From NCBI GenBank assembly GCA_050260975.1, contig JBLNCV010000166.1, forward strand, positions 830-64,829: DNA of 64,000 nucleotides, read 5' to 3'. Below the pieces are notes generated by a model that saw only the letters and a list, made by a program, of their open reading frames with translations, ran no database searches and had not been told where the DNA came from. Source of the DNA: Syntrophothermus sp. Lineage in GTDB: Bacteria > Bacillota > UBA5301 > JAMCQP01. Each line of letters opens with the position of its first letter. The stretch's first letter is position 1. Made by a program: the position numbers and the translations under genes. This document shows, piece after piece, positions 1-10,625 of this stretch.

Positions 1-555
1 CTTGAGGAACACATGCCCTTCCCGGGTAAAGGCGAAGACAACCTCGTCCGCGTCCAGCAAGATCAATTTGCCCAGGCGCTCGGCGGGAATCTTCCGGATC
101 CGGTGAACTGCTTGCGGATGCGCGGCCAAAGACCCGAGCAGACGCTCCAGGCTCTGGGCGATCCGCTGCTCGCCACCGGCGGCCTCCATGGCCTGCTCCA
201 ACCGCGCCACCGTCTTGGCCAGCCGCTCCGCCTCAAAAGGTTTCAAAACGTAATCCACCGCGTTGATTTCAAAGGCCTTAATGGCGAATTCATCGTAAGC
301 CGTGGCAAAAACAATGAGCGGCAACCGCCCATCCTCGCCCTCGTCAATCAGGCGCTGGGCGCATTCAAAGCCGCTCATGCCCGCCATCTGGACATCCAAA
401 AACACCACATCGGGGTTCAGCCGCGGGATCTCCTCCAAGGCCTCAAAGCCGCTGTCGGCCTCGCCCACCACGCTGACTCCCAGTTGTTCCAAGAGAAAGC
501 GCAACTCGTTGCGAGCAGGGGGTTCATCATCAACAATCAACGCGCGAATCTTCAC
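1..555 (-). CDS. lytT: LytTR-family two-component response regulator; N-terminal receiver domain is visible and the C-terminus runs off the window edge
   Basis: The minus frame from GTG at 555 reads MKIRALIVDDEPPARNELRFLLEQLGVSVVGEADSGFEALEEIPRLNPDVVFLDVQMAGMSGFE...VDYVLKPF, a CheY-like receiver. A GTGA overlap couples it to the lytS stop at 552-554. It is absent from the ORF track because there is no stop inside the window. The plus-strand ORFs 13..648, 302..778, 649..978 and 666..1169 are antisense artefacts. Confidence 0.7.
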   Translation of the reverse strand, partial: MKIRALIVDDEPPARNELRFLLEQLGVSVVGEADSGFEALEEIPRLNPDVVFLDVQMAGMSGFECAQRLIDEGEDGRLPLIVFATAYDEFAIKAFEINAVDYVLKPFEAERLAKTVARLEQAMEAAGGEQRIAQSLERLLGSLAAHPQAVHRIRKIPAERLGKLILLDADEVVFAFTREGHVFLK

Positions 556-2240
556 CGGGCCACCCTCTCCTGCCTTCGAATCACAAATTCAACGGTCGTC
601 CCCCGCCCGGATTCACTTTCCATCCTTAGCCCGGCGCTCTGGCCGTAGATGCTCTTCAGCCGTTCGTGGACATTGCTCAGGCCGACACCCGTGGTCCAAT
701 CCAACCCGGAAGAGTCCGGCGCCAAAAGCCGGGCCTTCTTCTCCGGCGGGATCCCGATTCCGTCGTCGTGCACCATGATCCGCACCCCGCGCTTGACCTT
801 CGCCACCCGGATGGTCACCGTCCCGCCCTCCCGTTTGGGCAGGAGCCCGTGTTTGACCGCGTTTTCCACCAGGGGTTGCAGGGTCAGAACGGGCAGTTCA
901 AGAGTGGCCAGCGCGGGGTCGATCTCCTCTCTCACCCGCAACTTCTCGCCGAAGCGCGCCTGCTCGATAGCCAGGTAGGCCTTGACATGGTTCAATTCCT
1001 CCGCCAGGGTGACGAAATCCCCGGCCTGGTGCAGGTTGCGCCGGAAGAAATCGCCCAGGTAGATCAACAGGCGCCTGGCGGTCTCCGGTTCCGTGCGCAC
1101 ATAAGAGACAATGGTATTCAAGGCGTTAAAAAGGAAGTGCGGGTTGATCTGGGCCCGGAGGGCCTTTAACTCGGCTTTGGTCACCAACTCCGCCTGCCGC
1201 TGCAACTCCGCCAGTTCAAACTGCGTGGCGAACAGCTGGGCAATGCCGGCCACAAACTCTTGATCCAGGGAAGTTATGGTGTTTTCGTGGCTCCTGTAAA
1301 ATTTTAGCGCCCCGATAATCTCCTCCCTGCAACGCAAGGGCACGATGATCGCGGCCCCCAGCTGGCACCCGGCCGCCTTGCAGCCAATCTCTGCACGCGT
1401 TCCCGCCACCACGGTCTGGCCTTCCGAGAGCACCCGCCTGGTCGCCGCGGTTAAGATCGGCTCTCCGGGACGATGGTGATCGCCGCCTACGCCAACGTGC
1501 GCCAGAATCCGATCCCGGTTTGTCATGGCCACCGCGGCGGCGTCGGTGGCTTCATAGATGATCCTGGCCGCGGCGGCGGCCGATTCAAAGTCCAGGCCCT
1601 TTCTCAGGTGCGGCAGAGTTTTGTTGGCAATCTCCAGCACTTTTTGGGTCTGAAGGGCGCCAATCCGGTCTTCGCGCTCTTTGAGAGCCCGGACGGTGGC
1701 CATGAAGACCGCCACCCCGAGAGAATTGGCCACGATCATCGGTATGCCGATCACCTGCACCAGTTCCCAGGCCTGGCTAAACGGCCTGGCCAGCGCCAGG
1801 ATAATCACCATTTGCATGGTTTCGGCCACCAGGCCTGTCCAAAAGCCCACCGCCCAGGTGGTGGTCTTGCCGCGCATGGCTCTGTGCACCAGCCCGGCAA
1901 AGAGCCCCTCCACCGTAGTGGACACGCCGCAAGCCAGAGCCGTAAACCCGCCCATCAGATACCGATGCGCGCCCCCCAGCAGCCCGGCCGCCAACCCGAC
2001 CCAGGGTCCTCCCAGAAGGCCGGCCACTGCCGCCCCGACCACCCTGGAGTTGGCCAGGGCTCCTTTGACCGGAATGCCCACATAGGTGCCGGCCACGGCT
2101 AGAAGACCAAACAGAACCGCCAGGAGGAACTTCTCCCGGAAGGAGCCGGAACGCAAAAGCACATGGCGAAAAGGTTTGAGCTTGCTGAAAAAGTAAGCAA
2201 AGGCGGCAATCACGCTCAGCCTTTCCAGAAGATCGATCAA
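552..2240 (-). CDS. lytS: LytS-type sensor histidine kinase (5TM LytS/YehU sensor, GAF, His-kinase, HATPase)
   Basis: 562 aa. It has an N-terminal polytopic membrane region, a GAF-like middle section, an H-box (INPHFLFNALNTI) and a C-terminal ATPase with DDGIGIP and G-x-G motifs, as in LytS-family kinases. Confidence 0.85.
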   Translation of the reverse strand: MIDLLERLSVIAAFAYFFSKLKPFRHVLLRSGSFREKFLLAVLFGLLAVAGTYVGIPVKGALANSRVVGAAVAGLLGGPWVGLAAGLLGGAHRYLMGGFTALACGVSTTVEGLFAGLVHRAMRGKTTTWAVGFWTGLVAETMQMVIILALARPFSQAWELVQVIGIPMIVANSLGVAVFMATVRALKEREDRIGALQTQKVLEIANKTLPHLRKGLDFESAAAAARIIYEATDAAAVAMTNRDRILAHVGVGGDHHRPGEPILTAATRRVLSEGQTVVAGTRAEIGCKAAGCQLGAAIIVPLRCREEIIGALKFYRSHENTITSLDQEFVAGIAQLFATQFELAELQRQAELVTKAELKALRAQINPHFLFNALNTIVSYVRTEPETARRLLIYLGDFFRRNLHQAGDFVTLAEELNHVKAYLAIEQARFGEKLRVREEIDPALATLELPVLTLQPLVENAVKHGLLPKREGGTVTIRVAKVKRGVRIMVHDDGIGIPPEKKARLLAPDSSGLDWTTGVGLSNVHERLKSIYGQSAGLRMESESGRGTTVEFVIRRQERVAR

Positions 2241-2404
2241 AAGGTTTATGTTTACGACGGCGCTATCCGTTTGGCTTCCCTCCCGTGCCGGTTCTCCGCT
2301 TTTCAGGGAAACAAGATTCTTATTTTATTTTACTCCTTTTTGCCCGCGAAATCCAGCCCTTGTCCAACCGAAAGCCCTGCCTGTTTCTACCGGATCCATT
2401 CTTC

Positions 2405-5400
2405 CTATTTCTGCCGGATCCGTCCTTCGAGCCCGCCCTCCGCCTCTTTATGGGATTCAAACCAGCGCGCCAGCGCGTCGGCAGCTCTGACGAAGGTATC
2501 CGTCCGGTTCCGCGCGCCACTGAAGGCCCCGATCCGCGGGTCAAGAGCAAGCGTCGCCGGCATCGCCACCCGGTAGATTCTCCCGGGTGCTAACGGCTTT
2601 CCGCCGGATCGCACCTCCAATACCTGTTTTCCTTTCCCGGTTCCGGCAACCAAAAGCTCGATTCCAGAGATCTGGACAACCTCCTGGCGCGAACGGACCA
2701 TCTGGGCCACGGCCTGTTCCAATCTGGCGCCGGAGATCTCCATAAGAATCAGATGCTCCCGCGCCGGCAAGAGCGCGAAAAGATCCCCTAATGTGACCGG
2801 GCCCGCCGGGAGATCTCCTTTCAGTCCTTCCCCGGGCTGCAAAGCGACCTCCGCGCCGGTGGCCTCCCGATAAGCGTCAGTGACTACGTTGCCGAGGTTG
2901 GATTCCCCCTGCGGGTCCCGCTCTAATGGCACGGCGCTCGTCCCCACAATCTGCGCCAGTCTCACCCTGGTGCGGAGCGCATACCGTCCGGCCAGATCCA
3001 CCATCGCCGCATCCGGGTCCGTCCTGCCCGGCGCCGCCTCCACCAGCTGCATCCCGTGCCAGCCCACCTTCCCGGCATCTTTGTCCCAGAGGAGGCGGGT
3101 CCGGGCCAGCGAACTGCCTCCCTGGCCTGGCGCCATCACCGGCACTCTGTGGGCCACGGCGGTATAGCCACCCGGCGCGGTTCTACCGGATGGCGCAGCC
3201 ACCACCAGATCCACCCCCCGCAGATCTTTTGCCAGATCTTCGACTTTTCCGGGAACATGCGCGATTACCACCACGATCTCCGCGCCGGCCTTGCGCAGTT
3301 TGGCGGCTTCGGCATTCACCGCCGGGACAACCGGCCGGAAATCGATCGCGGAGAGAATCTCCGGCCGGATTGCTTCCGGGGCGGATGGCAAGGTGGCGCC
3401 GACCAGGCCGATCTTTCGCCCGCCGGCAGTCACCATCTTGGTGGGCGCCGCCCACTTCACCGGGAGGCCGGTAGCCCGTTCGTAAAGATTGGCCGCCAGG
3501 AAGCTGAACCTGGCCCGGACCGCCCTCGCCTCAAAGACAGCCTCCCCCCATTCCAGATCGTCTTCCCCGATGGCTGCAGCGGTGAACCCAAGCGTATTCA
3601 GCGCCTCCACCATCGCCTCCCCCTGGAAAAGGTCGTTGCCGGCGTCCCCGGCCAGCAGATCGCCGGCGTCAACCAGGATAGTCCCCCTGGGATTCTGCTC
3701 CCGGATCTCGGTAATATTGCCGCCCAAAAGCGGCAATCCGCCCAGCTCCCTCCCGCCGGACCACGGGTACCTGCGGGCCGCCAGGCCGCCACGCAAGCCG
3801 CCGGTGGCCACCACATCAATGACCGTGTAACTGCCCGTCCTGACCCGCCCATCGACCGCCGCGCCCACCTTCCTCTGGGCGGTTGTCCATTCCCTGAGCA
3901 CTTGGGCTAAAGAACGGTGGTAACGGATCAGATACCGCACCGGGTCTCCCTGGCGTTCACTCCGGGCAAGCAAGCTGCGTAACGCCGCAATCCGGTAATG
4001 CGCCAGGGGATCCAGCAACCTGCCGCCGATCTCCACGGCGACCACCCGGTTGCCTGCGCTTCTATGGAAATCAAAATGAAGATTCATCCCGGAGAACTGC
4101 GGAAAGGCCGGTGTTCCCGGCAACTGGGACCCATCCAGCTCCGCAGGCTTTCCGGACCCCGGCGGCGTCCCGGGATCCACCGGCCGCGAAGGATATCCGG
4201 CCACTCCGCGCTCCAGCAGCTCTTTAACCACAGCCCCGCGAACCTCCGCGACCACGACCTCCCCACCGCCGGGAACCAGTCTTTGCAGATCCGCCGGGAT
4301 GATGACCCCTCTGGCCAGGCCCGCCCGGAGATCCCGCGCCTCAAGCATCGCGATATCCGCGCCAGTATAAGACCGAACCGCGTCCGCGGCGAAATTGCCG
4401 AGCACCGTCTCTCCGCTGGACACCTGAGCCGGTTCATATACCATCTCCACCAGCGCTTCCCCAAGCTTTTCGGGCGCCGGGCGTCCGGTTTGCACTTGAG
4501 GTGTTTGGGGCGTCCGAGACGCTTGAGGCGCCTGGGATGCCGGAGGCGCCTGGGGCAAATACCGGCCCTGGACCTCCGTAACCCCGGTTTCGCCAATGGT
4601 AAGCTCTACTCTTGCATAAGAAGTTTTTTCCCCGCCCACCCACATCAGAAAACTGTTGCGGGTTTGCTCCACAACCGGGGCGTTCCGGTCGGGCCTTGCG
4701 TCTCGGGGAGTTTTCCCGCTGTATTGCCGGGAATAGACGCCCGGCGTCTGGGTTCTCCCCAACACCAGATCGATTCCCGCAACCTGCCGGACCATCGCGC
4801 GATCCGCTTCAGGACCCAGATCCGATAATACCACCACCAGATCCGCCGCCCCCGCCACCTCGGGGATCAATTTGGCGGCGGCTTGCACCGGGTCTGTTAC
4901 AGCCAACCCTGGGTAAGGACTGCGCAAGCCCTCCAGAAGCTGGGGCCCGGCTGCAAGATCCACCTGAGGCGCCAGAAGGCCGATTACTCCCACCCGCAGA
5001 GTTCCAACCGGGATAATTATGTAGGATTGGGCAAAATCCGGCTTCCTTTCCTGGCGCCCTTCGGCCAGCAGGTTGGCGGCCAGCAGAGGATCTTCCTTTC
5101 CCTCCGCCCACTGGCGCAATCTTCCTTCACCCGAAATCAGATCGGCTTCCCCTGGAACAACTACGGTAACCACCGTCGCGTTGTCCGCCCAAAACTCGAG
5201 TTGTCCACCGGGGCCAACCGTGTAGCGCAGCACGACTTTCCCAGGCGTCCGCCGCCGGACGGCCAGCTCCCCCGCAGGAGGAGCCTTGCGACTGGAGCCG
5301 TTTGTGGAGGCCAGGTCCTGCTTGATGGGTTGTTCAGCGACCTGTTCCGCCCCCTGGGATACGGAGGCGTTTTTCCCCGCGCGGAAACCGTCGCGTCCGC

Positions 5401-5518
5401 CAGGCAAACCGCATCCCGCCAGGAGAAGCAGCCCCAAAATCCCCACCGCCAGACGCCAGCCCGCCGGCAAGGTCCCGGCCGCCTTCCCCCATTCATGACC
5501 ACTAAGCCATCCCTGCAT
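2405..5518 (-). CDS. Large lipoprotein built from two tandem 5'-nucleotidase-like modules (metallophosphatase-like plus 5'-nucleotidase C-terminal domain), with catalytic motifs degenerate
   Basis: The ORF track gives 2405..5710. The signal peptide MPAGWRLAVGILGLLLLAGC with an LAGC lipobox argues for a start near 5470-5518. There are two copies of the 5'-nucleotidase C-terminal motif (LGNFAADAVRSYTGADIAML and LGNVVTDAYREATGAEVAL). Two metallophosphatase-like regions occur where the usual GNHEFD is replaced by GEDDLEWG and GGHxH is missing. A Pro/Gln-rich linker (PQAPPASQAPQASRTPQTPQ) separates parts of the protein. Confidence 0.6.
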   Translation of the reverse strand: MQGWLSGHEWGKAAGTLPAGWRLAVGILGLLLLAGCGLPGGRDGFRAGKNASVSQGAEQVAEQPIKQDLASTNGSSRKAPPAGELAVRRRTPGKVVLRYTVGPGGQLEFWADNATVVTVVVPGEADLISGEGRLRQWAEGKEDPLLAANLLAEGRQERKPDFAQSYIIIPVGTLRVGVIGLLAPQVDLAAGPQLLEGLRSPYPGLAVTDPVQAAAKLIPEVAGAADLVVVLSDLGPEADRAMVRQVAGIDLVLGRTQTPGVYSRQYSGKTPRDARPDRNAPVVEQTRNSFLMWVGGEKTSYARVELTIGETGVTEVQGRYLPQAPPASQAPQASRTPQTPQVQTGRPAPEKLGEALVEMVYEPAQVSSGETVLGNFAADAVRSYTGADIAMLEARDLRAGLARGVIIPADLQRLVPGGGEVVVAEVRGAVVKELLERGVAGYPSRPVDPGTPPGSGKPAELDGSQLPGTPAFPQFSGMNLHFDFHRSAGNRVVAVEIGGRLLDPLAHYRIAALRSLLARSERQGDPVRYLIRYHRSLAQVLREWTTAQRKVGAAVDGRVRTGSYTVIDVVATGGLRGGLAARRYPWSGGRELGGLPLLGGNITEIREQNPRGTILVDAGDLLAGDAGNDLFQGEAMVEALNTLGFTAAAIGEDDLEWGEAVFEARAVRARFSFLAANLYERATGLPVKWAAPTKMVTAGGRKIGLVGATLPSAPEAIRPEILSAIDFRPVVPAVNAEAAKLRKAGAEIVVVIAHVPGKVEDLAKDLRGVDLVVAAPSGRTAPGGYTAVAHRVPVMAPGQGGSSLARTRLLWDKDAGKVGWHGMQLVEAAPGRTDPDAAMVDLAGRYALRTRVRLAQIVGTSAVPLERDPQGESNLGNVVTDAYREATGAEVALQPGEGLKGDLPAGPVTLGDLFALLPAREHLILMEISGARLEQAVAQMVRSRQEVVQISGIELLVAGTGKGKQVLEVRSGGKPLAPGRIYRVAMPATLALDPRIGAFSGARNRTDTFVRAADALARWFESHKEAEGGLEGRIRQK

Positions 5519-5809
5519 CCTTGCTTCATGCCATCTCCCCATCCACACAAACCCCTTGTCGAAGAAAATTTGCAGGCTCCAGATCGTCCCACACGGTATT
5601 TCTACAGCCCCGTCGCCCTTCCTGCTGGTTTTCCGCCTCTCTGAAAAGTTCCGGCTGCGCATTGGCGCGTAACTGGGAGGCTTTGGCGCAACAATTGGCA
5701 TCTCTTCCATTTTATAACTGTTTTCGGCCCAAAACGGTTCTTTCTGATCTTAGGGAATATCGCTTTCAAGTCGATACTCGAAATAAGCGACTCAAAGGAG
5801 GAGGTCAAG

Positions 5810-6043
5810 ATGAATTTCCCAAATATTCCCTGGCAGGAGTGCCTGAGAAGATTCCTTCTGTGGCTTGCCCCGTTGGAGCCCGTCTCTCTTTTTGAAGAAC
5901 GCCCTAAAAAGGTGCGGGATCTACCGCCGATGGTCGGTCCCGGCGAATGGCAGACTCTTTCGGAGGAGGAACGGTGGAAGATATTCCGGGAGGATATCGA
6001 GAGAAGGGCCCGGCTGGACAGCCCATTTCGCCGGCATTATTAG
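5810..6043 (+). CDS. Hypothetical small Trp-rich protein (77 aa)
   Basis: There is a strong RBS (AAAGGAGGAGG) 6 nt upstream of the ATG. It is the only plus-strand ORF in a gap between minus-strand genes. I recognise no family. Confidence 0.4.
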   Translation: MNFPNIPWQECLRRFLLWLAPLEPVSLFEERPKKVRDLPPMVGPGEWQTLSEEERWKIFREDIERRARLDSPFRRHY

Positions 6044-6073
6044 CGGAAGCTGCTTCTTTCCGCCCGCATCCGG

Positions 6074-7075
6074 CTAGTTTTCTGGCGGGGGCACTCGCCT
6101 GGCCCCCAGAAAACGGGCGGCATAATACGGGTCGTCCAGGCGGCTGACGATCACGCCTCGCCGGGACGAAGCATGTATGAATCTTCCCCGGCCCAGGTAG
6201 AGGCCCACATGTGATGGGCCGGGCTGGTAGGTGGTAAAGAAGACCAGATCCCCCCGGGTCAAGACATCTTTCGGAACTACCTGGGTCGCGGCGTACTGGG
6301 GCCCAGTCTCACGCGGCAAGGCGATGCCGTTCATGGCAAAGACCGTGTAGATCAGTCCCGAACAGTCGAATCCCTGCCGGCTGCGGCCCCCCCACCGGTA
6401 CGGCGCGCCGAGGAAGCGCTGGGCAGTGGCGACCAGATTATCGATGAAAGCGAAACGACCTTCTCTCCCGGCGAGGCTCATCTTCGAGGGGATCTCCCCG
6501 ACATCCAGCAGCTCCCGGTAGATCCAGCCCACCTCTCCCCCCGGGAGCGCTACTTTGATCCAGTCGCCGACCTCTCCGGCTATCCCGAGACGGGTATTCA
6601 AAAATACGTTGGTAAGTGGCGGGCTGAGCTTGGACGCCTCTGTGCGAACGACCGCCACATCCACTCTAACCGTGGCCATCTGCGTAAACCGGGACCAGTA
6701 CTCCGCCGGTGTGATGGCCGCCACCTCTTCCTTTTTGATCCAGCCAGCGGTATCGCCCTCCCCTGGCGCCAACACCAGCCACCAGCCTTCTTTTTCGGTA
6801 ACCATCGCCACCACGGTGTTCATCAGAAGCCGGATCGCTTCTTCCGCGCCTTCCGACGGGCGGATATGGACCATGGCCGCATTGACCTTCACCAGACCCT
6901 GCTGTGGCCCGGCTTGCTGCGGCCAGCCCGTTGACGATTCTTGCGCGTATGCCTGATCTGTTCCGCCGATCACGCCAGCGACACCGGCCTCCCCGGCCAA
7001 AAGCCCGGCCGCAAAAGTCAGGGCCAGTACAGTCCGAAAGAGCCCCGGAACCGCCCTTACCTTTGCCATTTGCAA
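6074..7075 (-). CDS. Secreted NlpC/P60 (C40) cell-wall peptidase with N-terminal SH3b-like repeats
   Basis: Signal peptide, then a C-terminal catalytic region FIDNLVATAQRFLGAPYRWGGRSRQGFDCSGLIYTVF...HVGLYLG with the Cys and His of the NlpC/P60 fold. Confidence 0.8.
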   Translation of the reverse strand: MQMAKVRAVPGLFRTVLALTFAAGLLAGEAGVAGVIGGTDQAYAQESSTGWPQQAGPQQGLVKVNAAMVHIRPSEGAEEAIRLLMNTVVAMVTEKEGWWLVLAPGEGDTAGWIKKEEVAAITPAEYWSRFTQMATVRVDVAVVRTEASKLSPPLTNVFLNTRLGIAGEVGDWIKVALPGGEVGWIYRELLDVGEIPSKMSLAGREGRFAFIDNLVATAQRFLGAPYRWGGRSRQGFDCSGLIYTVFAMNGIALPRETGPQYAATQVVPKDVLTRGDLVFFTTYQPGPSHVGLYLGRGRFIHASSRRGVIVSRLDDPYYAARFLGARRVPPPEN

Positions 7076-7814
7076 AGGCTCCTTTCCAGAAGTTGAATCA
7101 TCAGGTATAAAACCAGGCCAAGGAGGCTGAGCGCCACTACCGACGCAAACATCAACTCGTAATTGGCCCTGCCCCAGGCGTCCATGATCAGGTAGCCCAG
7201 CCCCGAATTGGTAGCAAAGGATTCGGCGAAGAACAGGACCGCAATGGCGGTTCCCACACTGATCCGCAGCGCGGTGAAGATCTTTGGCAAAGCAAATGGA
7301 AAGAGCACATGCCGGTAGATCTGACGTTCGCGCGCCCCCAGCGACCGCACGCTGTAGATTGCCGCCGCCGGCAAGGCCCGGACCGCGTCCCGGGTGGTGA
7401 CCAGGATCTGATAAAAGACCGTCAGGGTCACCAGAAAGATCCGGGAAGTGTCGCTCAACCCGAGCAATGTGAGCACAATGGGCAAAAGGACGATCTTGGG
7501 GATCGGATAGGTCAGGTAGAGAAACGGCGCCACCCAGGCATCCACTCTGGGATTCCGCCCCAGGTACAGGCCGAGCGGGACAGCACCGGCGAGCGAAACC
7601 ACCAGGCTCACGAGCACCCGCCGGGTACTGGCCAGGAAGTGCAAGAGCAACCCCTCCTGTTGGTTGGCAACCATCTCGTGTAAAACCGCCCAGGGCCCGG
7701 GCAGAGTCGGGGTCTGCAAGAGAAGGGAGAGCAACTCCCAGGCCATGAGCGCCACGACCAGTGTGGCCGCCATGGCCGTTACCTGCAATATATTAAGATC
7801 CGGCCCCGCTTGTT

Positions 7815-7818
<4 letters not shown>
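7057..7818 (-). CDS. ABC transporter permease (NitT/TauT, SsuC-like family)
   Basis: Six-TM binding-protein-dependent transport permease with an EAA-like loop (ESFATNSGLGYLI). Confidence 0.8.
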
Positions 7819-8588
<770 letters not shown>

Positions 8589-8626
8589 TACCAAACACTC
8601 CAAATCCGTTTCCACTCTGTACCCAT

Positions 8627-9646
8627 TTATTTGGCGGCGGCAAATTGGCCGTCTGTGAGGTCGCCATACGCATACGACCTGTCGATGAGCTTCTTTTCCA
8701 ACATCCACTTCACGACCCGGTCGAAATCCTGCTTCTGCGGCAACTTCGGCATCGGGTAATGAGGCAACGGATAAGTCTCCTTGATCTCCTCCGGTACTCT
8801 GGCCTTGTCGATCAAGAGTTCCCGGTAGACATCAGGGCGCGCGTTGATGGCTGACACCGCCCGGCGGTAGGCCGCGTACATCTTCTGGATCTCCGCCCGC
8901 TTCCCGCTGATGCTTCGCTTCTGGAAGGCCAATACCACCTGCGACAGGTTGCCGGCGGGGCCCGGAGCGGTATCGCTTACAATCACCCTGGCGCCTCTGG
9001 CTTCCGCCAGCGCCGCCAGCGGGTCGGGCAAAGTGGCCGCCTGCAACTTTCCGTTGAGCAGCATGTCCAGCCGGATCGGGATCTTGGGAATCTCCACCTT
9101 GACTATCTCCTGAGCCTTAAGACCGTTGGCTGAAAGCAACTGATCCGTCACATACTCTATGATGGAATTGTTGGAGATCCCGATAGGAACGTTTTTAAGG
9201 TCCGCGACCGTTTGAATCTTAGCCCCCGGAGCGGCGAGAATGGCAAACCGCCCCTCCTGCGGCACCTCCCCCAGGGCCACCGAGGTAATCGCCACCGGTA
9301 TCCCGCTCTTTTCGAGAAAGATGACCGCCAAAAGATCGGTGATTACACCGTCAATCTGGCCCGCTCTGATGGCGGTATCGCGTTCGATGGCGCTGTTGAA
9401 CGGCACAAGTTCCACGGCCACCCCTTCCGCGGCAAAGAACCCTTCCTTTTCCGCCACATAGAACGGGAGGTTGTCCTCGATGGGAAGCACCCCGATCTTT
9501 ACAACTTCACCTTTGGCCGACGCAGGTATAGACGGCGCCACCGCCGCAAAAAGCGCCGCCACGAGAACAAACGCAACGGTCAAGGCCACCGCCGCGGCCC
9601 CGTTCACACGGCTGCGCCGCCCGGCCTCACAGAATACTTCCGACAT
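8627..9646 (-). CDS. ABC transporter substrate-binding protein, NMT1/THI5/SsuA-like, membrane-anchored
   Basis: N-terminal TM/signal segment followed by KIGVLPIEDNLPFYVAEKEGFFAAEGVAVELVPFNSAIERDTAIRAGQIDG, typical of the SsuA/NMT1 fold. Start placed at ATG 9646, with GGAGGAG 6 nt upstream. Confidence 0.7.
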   Translation of the reverse strand: MSEVFCEAGRRSRVNGAAAVALTVAFVLVAALFAAVAPSIPASAKGEVVKIGVLPIEDNLPFYVAEKEGFFAAEGVAVELVPFNSAIERDTAIRAGQIDGVITDLLAVIFLEKSGIPVAITSVALGEVPQEGRFAILAAPGAKIQTVADLKNVPIGISNNSIIEYVTDQLLSANGLKAQEIVKVEIPKIPIRLDMLLNGKLQAATLPDPLAALAEARGARVIVSDTAPGPAGNLSQVVLAFQKRSISGKRAEIQKMYAAYRRAVSAINARPDVYRELLIDKARVPEEIKETYPLPHYPMPKLPQKQDFDRVVKWMLEKKLIDRSYAYGDLTDGQFAAAK

Positions 9647-9682
9647 CGCAACTCCTCCATTCAATCAATTATTATCGCGTAG

Positions 9683-10570
9683 TTATAGTGCCGCCCAGGT
9701 AAACAAGAGGTACCCGACGCTCAACACCCCATTTACCGTAAAAAAAGCGGTATTTATCCTTCCAAGGTCATCCGGCGCAATGATGGCATGTTCGTAGATC
9801 AAGAGCCCCGCCGCCACCATGAGCCCGATCCAGTAAACCGGCCCGAGCCGCATTGCCGCCCCGACCAGGGCAAAGAGCACGATGGTCAGGAGATGAAAGG
9901 CCAGCGACCAGAAGAGGGCCCTCTTCACCCCGAATCTGGCCGGGATGGACTTAAGCCCCTCGGTCTGATCAAAGGCCACGTCCTGTAAGGCGTAGATCAC
10001 ATCAAATCCGGCCACCCAGAAGGTTACCGCCAGCCCCAAAACCACCACCTGCCAGTCAATCCGGCCGGTTACCGCCAGCCACGCCCCGATGGGCGCCAAC
10101 CCCAGCGCCCACCCCAAAAAAAGGTGGCAGGCCCAGGTAAACCGCTTGGTGTAGGAATAAAAGACCAGGAAAAAGAGGGCCACCGGGCTCAAAAAAAGCG
10201 CGAGCCGGTTCAACTGGGCCGCGGAGACCAAAAGCAACGCCACCGCCAGCATAAAGTAGAGCCAGACCTCTTTTTTGGCCAACAACCGCTGGGGAAGCGC
10301 CCGGCCTCTGGTACGCGGGTTCTTGGCGTCCAATTCCGCGTCCGCCAGCCGGTTGAAAGCCATGGCGGCGGTTCGCGCCCCGACCATGGCTAAAGTAATC
10401 CAGAAGATCTGCCAGGGTGTCGCCCGCCCCCCGGTCGCCAGAAGCGCCCCAGCATAAGCAAAGGGCAGGGCGAAGATGGTATGTTCAAATTTGATCATTT
10501 CCAGAAAGATCCACAACTTGCGGATCCCGCTCACTCTGCTCATTCCGCTTCTTCCACCCGCTTCAGCCAT
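9683..10570 (-). CDS. UbiA-family aromatic prenyltransferase (4-hydroxybenzoate polyprenyltransferase / MqnP-like)
   Basis: Polytopic membrane protein with the UbiA N-terminus (KLWIFLEMIKFEHTIFALPFAYAG) and Asp-rich motifs (NRLADAELD, DVIYALQD). The true start may be the internal Met near 10543. Confidence 0.8.
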   Translation of the reverse strand: MAEAGGRSGMSRVSGIRKLWIFLEMIKFEHTIFALPFAYAGALLATGGRATPWQIFWITLAMVGARTAAMAFNRLADAELDAKNPRTRGRALPQRLLAKKEVWLYFMLAVALLLVSAAQLNRLALFLSPVALFFLVFYSYTKRFTWACHLFLGWALGLAPIGAWLAVTGRIDWQVVVLGLAVTFWVAGFDVIYALQDVAFDQTEGLKSIPARFGVKRALFWSLAFHLLTIVLFALVGAAMRLGPVYWIGLMVAAGLLIYEHAIIAPDDLGRINTAFFTVNGVLSVGYLLFTWAAL

Positions 10571-10625
10571 TCCTTGTTCACCTCCGCCGGTTCACCGCTT
10601 TCGACCCTCCATGGTCTTCGCGGCA

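Noticed and set aside
13-1169. Plus-strand ORFs 13..648, 302..778, 649..978 and 666..1169
   Set aside because: They are antisense to lytT/lytS. The minus frame gives a clean receiver domain and a LytS kinase. This is typical high-GC antisense open frames.
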